Below are positions 18,504 to 29,468 of a stretch of 64,000 nucleotides of DNA, in pieces. How positions within the stretch are numbered: the first letter of the stretch is position 1; each line of letters starts with the position of its first letter. The translations under genes were made by a program, and so were the position numbers. The stretch is from an uncultured Elusimicrobia bacterium (GTDB lineage Bacteria; Elusimicrobiota; Elusimicrobia; UBA1565; UBA9628). The stretch covers positions 3,950 to 67,949 of the forward strand of contig CAYHPY010000005.1 of NCBI GenBank assembly GCA_964358485.1, given 5' to 3'. A model generated the notes under the pieces. It was not told the origin of the DNA, ran no database searches, and saw only the letters and a program-made list of their open reading frames with translations.

Positions 18504-20124
18504 GAGCTTGGGCGGCGGCCGCCCCGCCGCCCGCCCGAACCGCCTGAACGACCTGTTCGGCCTCCTGGATCGACGCGAAACCCCAGGCCATGTTTTTCAA
18601 GGACCCGAGGTGCAGTTCCTCGGAGTGCGCCGCGCAGGCGTCCAGGACCGCGGTCATCCGGATTCCCCGGTCAAAGCCGCTACGCACGGTGGATTCGACG
18701 CACAAATTGGTCGCCACGCCGGCGACCGCCAAATCCTTGACCCCATCCTCGGCCAGGGCCCGGGCCAGCCGGGGGTTGGAGAAGGCGCAGTACCGGTTTT
18801 TCTCGAACACCCGCCGCGCCTCCGGCTTCAAGACTTCCGAAAGGCGGGCCTCGGGAGAACCGCTCCGGCACGCGGTTTTCCACCAATCCGCCATGAGACC
18901 GCCCTCGGCGGGATCATCATGCGCGTAAACGCTGAAATAGACCGGACGGCCCGCCGCCCGAAAGGCCGAAATCAGACGGACCACATTTCCCAGGATGGCC
19001 CGCGCCGAGGGGAGATACGCCGGGCTTTGGGGATCGAGAAACAACTCCTGCATGTCGATTACAATAAGTCCGGCTTTGCCCGGACGAAGAGGAAAGGTCC
19101 GTCTTCGAAATTTTTCAAGTTCCCCCTTCCACGCCGTCGCGCGAGCCGAAAGAGTATCGGCCCGGACATAACTCAGGGCCTCCTTCAGCCGGTTCTTCGC
19201 CATCCGGGCCGCCCGCTCCTTCAAGGCGCCCGACCAAAGCTGGCCGCAGGATGTTTCCGCCTGGATCTCCTCGGGCAGGCTGGGGCTCAGGAGCGTCTCG
19301 AAACCCCTTCGCCGCAGGTCGCGCGCGTTTTCCAGGACCCGGTCCGGCGCCTCCACCCAGACATGGGTGGTCCCGCCGCGGTCGGCCGTTGCGGTCGGAT
19401 TGATCGGGGTGATTTTTACGAAGAATTTCTCCGGGGAGAACAGGGAGGAGAGTTTTTCCCCGTCGATCGTTTCTCCCACCCCGAGCGCGAAATTGAGGGT
19501 CAGCTTCCGGTCCCCCGGCCGGAAAAAAGCCTCGCCATAAGCCGCGATCTCCTCCAAGGACCACTTTTTGATGGGCACGATCTCCCGGCGCTTTTTCTCA
19601 TCCAGCGAGTGGAGCGAGAATTGGAGTTGAAAGCGCCCCCCGGCGTAGAGTTCGTTCTTAAGCTCGATGAGTTCCCGGAAGAAAGGCTCGATGGCGGGAC
19701 TTTTCGGAGCCACCGTGGAAAGGCTGGGCAGAATGCCGCGCGACGGGAACTCCCGGGCCAAAAGCCGCAGAGCCTCCAGGACGGCGGGGTTGAGGGAGGG
19801 CTCCCCCATGCGCGCGAAATGGATCTTCACCTTCGGATGCCGCGCGATGTCCAGGAAAGGATTCTCCCAAACCACGCGCCGGACCTGGCTCAACATTTCC
19901 TCGGCGCTCAAATTTCCCTGGAAGGCCATCGCTCCGGCGTCGCACATGCGACATCCCACCGGGCAGCCGAATTGGGTGGAGATCATCATGACCCACTTCC
20001 TGGAAACGGGAACGCCCGGCTCCCGGGTGTCGACGAATTCGGCCAGCCGGTCCGGGGAGGGTCCCAATTGGGCCAGGTAGAGGGTGGCTAAGCCGGGGAA
20101 ATGCCTCTGATCGACGATGATCAT
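18478..20124 (-). CDS. RlmN/Cfr-like radical SAM domain fused to an isochorismatase-family cysteine hydrolase
   Basis: STQFGCPVGCRMC, RMGEP, QFSLHS and SCGQL, then IVIDMQ, KNRYCAF and VATNLCVEST. Start at ATG 20124 (ATGA overlap). Confidence 0.85.
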   Translation of the reverse strand: MIIVDQRHFPGLATLYLAQLGPSPDRLAEFVDTREPGVPVSRKWVMMISTQFGCPVGCRMCDAGAMAFQGNLSAEEMLSQVRRVVWENPFLDIARHPKVKIHFARMGEPSLNPAVLEALRLLAREFPSRGILPSLSTVAPKSPAIEPFFRELIELKNELYAGGRFQLQFSLHSLDEKKRREIVPIKKWSLEEIAAYGEAFFRPGDRKLTLNFALGVGETIDGEKLSSLFSPEKFFVKITPINPTATADRGGTTHVWVEAPDRVLENARDLRRRGFETLLSPSLPEEIQAETSCGQLWSGALKERAARMAKNRLKEALSYVRADTLSARATAWKGELEKFRRRTFPLRPGKAGLIVIDMQELFLDPQSPAYLPSARAILGNVVRLISAFRAAGRPVYFSVYAHDDPAEGGLMADWWKTACRSGSPEARLSEVLKPEARRVFEKNRYCAFSNPRLARALAEDGVKDLAVAGVATNLCVESTVRSGFDRGIRMTAVLDACAAHSEELHLGSLKNMAWGFASIQEAEQVVQAVRAGGGAAAAQAHEISGRAL

Positions 20125-21011
20125 CCGTTCACCAAAAATTTCTCGCACTCCATCCCCGCCCTGATCCCGTCGGCGGCGGCGGCGGAGACCTGGTGGAAGC
20201 TTTCGGGACGGATGTCGCCCGCCGAGAAAAAACCCGGAGGCGGGTTCCGCCAGCCGGCCGCGACGCGCTCCGGCGCCTTGCCGATCAAAACGAACAGGGC
20301 CGCGACCTCCAGATCCGCCGCCTCCCCCGTTTTCAAATGAAGCGTCTTTACGCGCTCAAGCCCCGCGCGCCCCCCCGGCCCGATGGCCCGGCTCACGACC
20401 GTGTCGGTCAAAAGCCGGACGTTCGGACTTGCCGCGAGGCGGTCTTGCAGGAGCCGGATGGCCCTCAGGCGGTCGCCCCGGTGGATCAGGAAGACCCGGT
20501 CGGCGAACCGGGACAACAGCAAGGCCTGGTGGGCCGCGGTATCCCCTCCACCGACGACCGCCACCCGCTTTCCGGCAAAACGCGGCGCTCGCTCGAAGGC
20601 GCAATGGTAAATCCCGGCCCCCATAAACTTGCCTTCCCCGGGCAGGCCCAAGGTGCGGAAATTGGCTCCGGCGCAGGAAATGACGGCCCGGGCCGCGATG
20701 GAGCCGGCGTCCGTGTCCACCCGAAAGCCCCCGCCCGTTCGGGCGATTTTTTCCGCCCGGGCCCGCTCGGTTTTCAGCCGCCAGCGCCTGCCTTGGAGCT
20801 GGAACCGCCGCATCAGCTCCTTGCCGGAGATTCCGTCCGGAAAGCCGGGGTAATTTTCGATCCAGGCGATGCGGCGCGCCTGCCCGCCCACGGCCCCCTT
20901 TTCCAGGAGGACCGTATTCCACCCCGCCCGGGCCAAATACATCCCGGCGGACAAACCCGCGGGACCTCCCCCGATAATCGCCACGTCCAAGACGCCCTTC
21001 AAATGGCCCAA
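20121..21011 (-). CDS. Thioredoxin reductase-like FAD/NAD(P) oxidoreductase lacking the canonical CxxC
   Basis: IIGGGPAGL, GGQ...IENYPGF, VVGGGDTA, FSAGD. The redox site reads CAFE. Start (TTG) is uncertain. Confidence 0.85.
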   Translation of the reverse strand: MGHLKGVLDVAIIGGGPAGLSAGMYLARAGWNTVLLEKGAVGGQARRIAWIENYPGFPDGISGKELMRRFQLQGRRWRLKTERARAEKIARTGGGFRVDTDAGSIAARAVISCAGANFRTLGLPGEGKFMGAGIYHCAFERAPRFAGKRVAVVGGGDTAAHQALLLSRFADRVFLIHRGDRLRAIRLLQDRLAASPNVRLLTDTVVSRAIGPGGRAGLERVKTLHLKTGEAADLEVAALFVLIGKAPERVAAGWRNPPPGFFSAGDIRPESFHQVSAAAADGIRAGMECEKFLVNG

Positions 21012-21090
21012 ATGTTAACTAATCCCACGACGGCGGTCCGTTCCCAAATGGGCCGTGGATGAGAACTCGATGGCGGGGCTGATTATGTCG

Positions 21091-21135
21091 CGGACGATAA
21101 AATCACCTTCGCCGCGGAGGTGATTTTATCCTCCG
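21091..21135. repeat. Inverted repeat between divergent genes (13-bp perfect core, 18 bp with one mismatch)
   Basis: GATAAAATCACCT (21096-21108) / AGGTGATTTTATC (21118-21130), with outer CGGA/TCCG. Confidence 0.8.
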
Positions 21136-21160
21136 GAACAAATCGGCAAGGCAAACAACC

Positions 21161-21189
21161 TTGACGCCCCCCGGAAGTCGAGCTACACT
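21161..21189 (+). promoter_or_regulatory. sigma70-type promoter
   Basis: TTGACG-N17-TACACT, 20 nt before ATG 21210. Confidence 0.7.
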
Positions 21190-21209
21190 GGACCCAAGCC
21201 CCCAATCCG

Positions 21210-22559
21210 ATGAGAAAAAACCGGCGCGTCCTGCTTTTGGCGATGAGCGGATTGCGCATCCAGGACCCGCGCCTGCGGGAGGCCGGGCTCACCTTGCCGG
21301 GCTTCGTGGAACGAGGGAAAGTCATCGCCAGCCTCCCGAGCCTGTCCTTGCTGACGTTGGCCGCCTTGTGTCCTCCGGACTGGGAGCCGGTCTACCGGGA
21401 ATATGACGAGCTTCCCGAAAACGCCGCCGACTCGATCGCCGCCGAGGGCTTCGACTTGGTCGCCGTCTCCAGCCTGTCGCCGCGAATCCTGGAAACTTTC
21501 GCCCTGGCCGACGCGCTTCGGGCGCGGGGCACGGCCGTGGCGCTGGGCGGGCTTCATGTGTCGGCCCTGCCCGAGGAAGCTTCGGCCCACGCCGACGCCC
21601 TGGTCCTGGGCGAGGGCGAAACGGTTTGGCCCGAACTGCTGGGAGACGCCGCCGCCGGGCGCCTGCGCCCCCGCTACGCGCGCCGCGCGCGCTCCCTCTG
21701 GGAAGATCCCTCCCCCCCGCCCCGCTACGACCTGCTGGAGGTCGAGCGCTACAACCGCCTGACTTTGCAATGCGCCCGGGGCTGCCCTTTGCATTGCTCC
21801 TTCTGCGGCGCCTCGCGGACCATCAGCCCGTACCGGCTCAAGCCGATCCCGCAAGTTCGGCGGGAGCTGGAGGCGCTGCTGTCCCGCTGGCCGAGGCCGT
21901 TTCTCGAACTGGCCGACGACAACACCTTCGCGAGCAAACCGTGGTCCCGGGACCTGGCGCGGCTGTTCGGGGAATACTCCCTGCGCTGGTTCACCGAAAC
22001 CGACATCTCCGCGGCCGACGATCCCCGGCTGCTCGATCTTTTGGCCCAAACCAATTGCGTCCAGCTTCTCATCGGCCTGGAATCGGCCTCCCCGGAGTCC
22101 TTGAAAGGCTTGGACAGCCGGGATTGGAAGCGCCGGCAATTCGACGGCTACCGCGAGAAAATCCGCCGCATTCAGGCCCGCGGGATCAGCGTCAACGGCT
22201 GCTTCATCCTGGGGCTGGATTCCGACGGCCCCGAGTGTTTCGAGGAAACCGCGCGTTTCGTGGAGGACAGCGGCCTGGCCGAGGTTCAGATCACGGTCCC
22301 GACCCCGTTTCCCGGAACCGGCCTATTCCGCCGGCTCGAGGACGAGGGACGGCTTCCCAAGGCCCCGTTCTGGGACCGGCTCACTTTGTTTGACCCCGTT
22401 TTCGCGCCCAAGCGAATGAGCCAAGACGAGCTTCGGGCGGGCTTTCTATCCTTGATGGGAGGGCTCTATGGCAAATCGGCGGTGGACCGCCGCCGCCGCG
22501 CCTTTCGCGCGTGTCGGCGGTCCCGGAGGCTTCATGAACGAACCCCAAGCGGCGCCTGA
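21210..22559 (+). CDS. Cobalamin-binding radical SAM protein
   Basis: LGGLHVS...VLGEGE, ARGCPLHCSFC, LADDN, IGLES, FILGLD. Confidence 0.9.
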   Translation: MRKNRRVLLLAMSGLRIQDPRLREAGLTLPGFVERGKVIASLPSLSLLTLAALCPPDWEPVYREYDELPENAADSIAAEGFDLVAVSSLSPRILETFALADALRARGTAVALGGLHVSALPEEASAHADALVLGEGETVWPELLGDAAAGRLRPRYARRARSLWEDPSPPPRYDLLEVERYNRLTLQCARGCPLHCSFCGASRTISPYRLKPIPQVRRELEALLSRWPRPFLELADDNTFASKPWSRDLARLFGEYSLRWFTETDISAADDPRLLDLLAQTNCVQLLIGLESASPESLKGLDSRDWKRRQFDGYREKIRRIQARGISVNGCFILGLDSDGPECFEETARFVEDSGLAEVQITVPTPFPGTGLFRRLEDEGRLPKAPFWDRLTLFDPVFAPKRMSQDELRAGFLSLMGGLYGKSAVDRRRRAFRACRRSRRLHERTPSGA

Positions 22560-23256
22560 GCGGCCGGGCCTGCCCTGGGACGCGATCGCGCGCGTCCTGT
22601 TCTTGCGGGCCGGGGCCGAGGAAATCCGCCTCTTCGGGAACCGGGAACTGGCGGTGGGCGCGGTTTCCTGCTGGATCGTGGGGCTCGGACGCTGGTGGGA
22701 CGATCCGAAAGCCGAGCTTCTCCAAAAACTGGGGTTGGGCTCCGTGGTCTACCCTTTCGCGTTGGGCGCGTTGATTTGGCTTTTATTTTGGCCGTGGCGC
22801 CTGACCCATTGGCGCTACAAGGCCCTGGTCGCCTACATATCCCTCTGCGCCGCGCCCGGCCTTCTGTACGCGGTTCCGGTGGAGATGTTCCTTTCGGGGG
22901 ACGCCGCGCTTTCCTACAACGCCGTCGCCCTTTCGATCGTCGCCCTTTGGCGCGTGGTTCTGATCATGCGCTACCTGCTCCTGGCCCCGCCGCTCGGCTT
23001 CGGCCTGACGATGGTCGCGACGCTGATCCCAGTCGGCGCGATCGCCATCGGATTGACCATGTTCAACGTCTCGACCGGCGTGATCGAGGGAATGGGAGGC
23101 TTCCGCGGCAGTCCCAAGGACGCCTTCGCGGCCCAGGTCGGGATTATGGCCAGCATCCTTCTGTTTTGGCCGCTGGTCGGGGCGGTCCTGGTCCACCTCG
23201 GCTATACCATCAAGGTCTGGTTCTGGCCCAAGCCGCCGGATCAAAGCCCTTTGTAG
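22534..23256 (+). CDS. Multi-pass membrane protein of unknown function
   Basis: About six hydrophobic segments. Start re-placed at ATG 22534, overlapping the upstream gene. Confidence 0.7.
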   Translation: MNEPQAAPERPGLPWDAIARVLFLRAGAEEIRLFGNRELAVGAVSCWIVGLGRWWDDPKAELLQKLGLGSVVYPFALGALIWLLFWPWRLTHWRYKALVAYISLCAAPGLLYAVPVEMFLSGDAALSYNAVALSIVALWRVVLIMRYLLLAPPLGFGLTMVATLIPVGAIAIGLTMFNVSTGVIEGMGGFRGSPKDAFAAQVGIMASILLFWPLVGAVLVHLGYTIKVWFWPKPPDQSPL

Positions 23257-24236
23257 GTCGTCAGGGTGCGGATGTACTGCTGGCGCTCGAAGGCGCTGGG
23301 ATCGGAGCAATTGCGCTGGCTCATGCTGCCCCGCAGCTGCGTGACGGAGGCGTATTCCCGCTCCTCAAGCCACCGGACGAGCTCCCCTTCCATGACCTTG
23401 AGATGGTCGATGCCGAATTTATAGAGGACCGAACAGAGCATGGTGACGCTGGCCCCCGCCATGAGAAGCTTGAGGGCGTCGGTGGCGGCGTGGACCCCGC
23501 TGGTGGCGGCCAAATCGGCCTTGATCCGCCCGGAAAGCACCGCCGTCCAATGAAGCGGCAGGCGCAGGGCCTGGGGCGTGCTCAAAAGCAGGTTGGGCCG
23601 CACCTCCAGGGCGTCGAGGTCGAAATCCGGCTGGTAAAAGCGGTTGAAAAGGACCAGGGCCCCGGCCCCCGCATCGTCGAGCTGTTTGGCCATGTGCGCC
23701 ATGTTGCTGAAAAAGGGGCTGACCTTGACGGCCACCGGAATGCTCACCGCCGCGCGCACGGCCCGCAGGATCTCGACATGGGTCCGCTCCACCTCGGCAC
23801 CGTCGACGGAGGGGTCGGTGGGAATGTAATAAATGTTGAGCTCCAGCGCGTCGGCCCCGGCCGTTTGCATGTCCTTGGCGTGCCCGGTCCAACCGCCCAG
23901 CGAGGTTCCGTTGAGGCTGGCGATGATCGGGATTTTCGCCGCTTCCTTGGCCTTGCGGATGTGGTTGAGATAGGCCTCCGGCCCCCAATGGAAGGTTTCC
24001 ACCGCGGGAAAGAAGCTCTGCGCCTCGGCGTAGGCGTTGGTGTGCTCGGTCAGGCGCGTCAAAAGCTCGTCGCGGTCGCGCGTCAACTGTTCCTCGAACA
24101 ACGAACTCAGGACCACGGCGGAGGCCCCGGCGTCCTCCATCTTCCTGATTCCGTCGAGCGTTTCCGACAGGGGGCTGGCCGAGCAGACCAGCGGCGTGCG
24201 CAATTTCATTCCGAGATAGGAAGTGCTCAGGTCCAT
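23241..24236 (-). CDS. Dihydroorotate dehydrogenase-like FMN protein (PFOR-associated type)
   Basis: GAVV..SLFEEQ, IPIIASLNG, AVKVSPF, LVLFNRF, ATSGVH. ELNIYY is found where true class 1 DHODH has NxSCPN. Confidence 0.85.
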   Translation of the reverse strand: MDLSTSYLGMKLRTPLVCSASPLSETLDGIRKMEDAGASAVVLSSLFEEQLTRDRDELLTRLTEHTNAYAEAQSFFPAVETFHWGPEAYLNHIRKAKEAAKIPIIASLNGTSLGGWTGHAKDMQTAGADALELNIYYIPTDPSVDGAEVERTHVEILRAVRAAVSIPVAVKVSPFFSNMAHMAKQLDDAGAGALVLFNRFYQPDFDLDALEVRPNLLLSTPQALRLPLHWTAVLSGRIKADLAATSGVHAATDALKLLMAGASVTMLCSVLYKFGIDHLKVMEGELVRWLEEREYASVTQLRGSMSQRNCSDPSAFERQQYIRTLTTYKGL

Positions 24237-24246
24237 GGCCGGTTGC

Positions 24247-27783
<3,537 letters not shown>

Positions 27784-27862
27784 GGTAGTGGGAGTCCCTT
27801 TGCTTTGCAACGGTATGGCCAAACCCCGGCCGCTAAGAAATTTCTCAGTCGTGAAGGCGGGA

Positions 27863-27880
27863 AATGATGGCGCCATCATT
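27863..27880. promoter_or_regulatory. 18-bp perfect palindrome in the AT-rich PFOR upstream region; candidate operator
   Basis: AATGATGGCGCCATCATT, 80 nt upstream of the PFOR start, next to A/T tracts. Confidence 0.5.
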
Positions 27881-28048
27881 CTCAACAAAAAAAACTTTAA
27901 AAACATGGATAATCACCAAACAGGGTCGATTTTTTTTTGACAGGAAATATTCCCAAGGGACCGGCATGGGCCCCGGGTCCTTTTCCTGCGGCGTTCTGGG
28001 TCCTTGGTCCCTCCTGCGCCGTCCCTCCTTGGAGTACAATAGGAAACC

Positions 28049-28792
28049 ATGAAAACCTCCCCTCTCTTTCTTGCCGCCGGTTTTTTTGCGGCCCTCGCCC
28101 GCGCCGCGTCCGCCGCCCCCAGCCTCCCCTGGGACTCGGCCGACCCGGTCGCCGCTTTGCGCTGCGAACTGGCCGCCCCTTCCCCCGCCCCCGAATTCGT
28201 CGCCGCGCCCGTGGCGGCCCCCAAGACCCCGCCCAAACCTTTCGCCGCCGGGGCCGAGGGCGGCTACGGCGCCTGCGTGGCCAAGGGCTACTCCCACTCC
28301 TCCTGCAAAGACGCCCAAACCGGCTACGCGGCCTGCTCGGCCAACGGTTACTCCCACGCCTCCTGCAAGGACGCCAAGGGCGGCTACGCGGCCTGCACGG
28401 CCAACGGCTACTCCCACGCCTCCTGCAAGGACGCCGATGTGGGTTATTCCGCCTGTTCAGCCAACGGCTATTCCCACGCCTCGTGCAAGGACGCCAAGGG
28501 CGGCTACGCGGCCTGCACCTCCAACGGCTACTCCCACGCTTCCTGCAAGGACGCCGATGTGGGTTATTCGGCCTGTTCGTCCAACGGCTATTCCCACGCC
28601 TCGTGCAAGGACGCCAAGGGGGGCTACGCGGCCTGCACGGCCAACGGCTATTCGCATGCCTCGTGCAAGGACGCCGACCTGGGCTACGCGGCGTGCATCT
28701 CCAACGGCTATTCGCACGCGTCCTGCAAAGACGCCCGGGAAGGCTACAAGGACTGCGTCGCCAACGGCTACTCGCACGCCTCCTGCAAATAG
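28049..28792 (+). CDS. Secreted protein with nine 20-aa Cys/His/Tyr repeats (GYxACxxNGYSHASCKDA)
   Basis: Signal peptide, Pro/Ala linker and nine tandem repeats; TACAAT -10 at 28035-28040. Confidence 0.85.
   Translation: MKTSPLFLAAGFFAALARAASAAPSLPWDSADPVAALRCELAAPSPAPEFVAAPVAAPKTPPKPFAAGAEGGYGACVAKGYSHSSCKDAQTGYAACSANGYSHASCKDAKGGYAACTANGYSHASCKDADVGYSACSANGYSHASCKDAKGGYAACTSNGYSHASCKDADVGYSACSSNGYSHASCKDAKGGYAACTANGYSHASCKDADLGYAACISNGYSHASCKDAREGYKDCVANGYSHASCK
28259..28789 (+). repeat. Coding tandem repeat, 60-nt unit x9 (last unit truncated), with 120-nt higher-order alternation
   Basis: Units alternate ...DAK-GGY and ...DAD-(V/L)GY. Differences between units are largely synonymous (e.g. 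TAC TCC CAC vs TAT TCG CAT). Confidence 0.95.
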
Positions 28793-28801
28793 CCGCGCGG
28801 C

Positions 28802-29401
28802 CTAGGCCGCGGCCACCGTCAGCTTAAGGACGCTCTCGCCGTCGCCCAGCCGCGCCTCGATCCGGTCTCCGGCGGCCACCGGCCCCACCCCGGCGGGCGT
28901 GCCGGTGTAAAGCAGATCGCCCTCCTCCACCGCGAAATGGCGGTTCAGGTAGTCCAGCAGCCGCTCGACGGGCCAGAGCATGGCGTTCGGATCGCCTTGC
29001 TGGCGCGGGGCTCCGTTGACCGACAGGAAAAACGCCGCGCCGGGGCGCAAGGGCACGAAATTTCCCACGGCCGCGAACCCCGGCCGCGCCTTGGCCATGG
29101 TCCACGGCAGGCCCTTGTTTTTGGCGGATTGTTGAATATCGCGCGCGGTGAAATCCACGCCCACGGCCATCCCGCGCTTCGCCCCGACGGCCAGGACCAA
29201 CTCAACCTCATGCTCCACCCGCTTGCTGTCGGCGGGCAGGCGCAAAGTCCCGCCGTCGAAAAGCAGGGACGAGGCGGGTTTGAGGAAGATGAGGGGCGCC
29301 TCGGGAACCGGATTGCCCAGCTCGCGCGCGTGCTCGGCATAGTTGCGCCCCACGCACCAGATCGTGCCGACTGGGCGGGAGAGTCCGGGCGGGGTTTTCA
29401 T
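28802..29401 (-). CDS. Fumarylacetoacetate hydrolase family protein
   Basis: CVGRNYAEH, FLKP, EHEVEL, DFTARD, K, GDLLYTGTPAGVG. Confidence 0.92.
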   Translation of the reverse strand: MKTPPGLSRPVGTIWCVGRNYAEHARELGNPVPEAPLIFLKPASSLLFDGGTLRLPADSKRVEHEVELVLAVGAKRGMAVGVDFTARDIQQSAKNKGLPWTMAKARPGFAAVGNFVPLRPGAAFFLSVNGAPRQQGDPNAMLWPVERLLDYLNRHFAVEEGDLLYTGTPAGVGPVAAGDRIEARLGDGESVLKLTVAAA

Positions 29402-29432
29402 GGCGCTTGGCTTTCGGCGCGGGTCCGGCTGA

Positions 29433-29460
29433 GGCGACTGTGTTCAAACACAGTCCGCCC
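29433..29460. repeat. Intergenic hairpin, related to the element at 31298-31323
   Basis: GGCGACTGTGTTCAAACACAGTCCGCCC, with an 8-bp perfect GACTGTGT/ACACAGTC stem. Confidence 0.65.
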
Positions 29461-29468
29461 CGAAGATT

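Noticed and set aside
18478-20124. Gene symbol rlmN or cfr
   Set aside because: The resolving Cys is absent and a hydrolase domain is fused, so orthology is not supported.
23241-24236. Gene symbol pyrD
   Set aside because: The catalytic loop Cys/Ser is absent, there is no pyrK or other pyr gene nearby, and the context is PFOR.
28259-28789. CRISPR array
   Set aside because: The 60-nt units are contiguous, have no unique spacers, stay in frame and vary synonymously, so this is a coding repeat. No cas genes are present.
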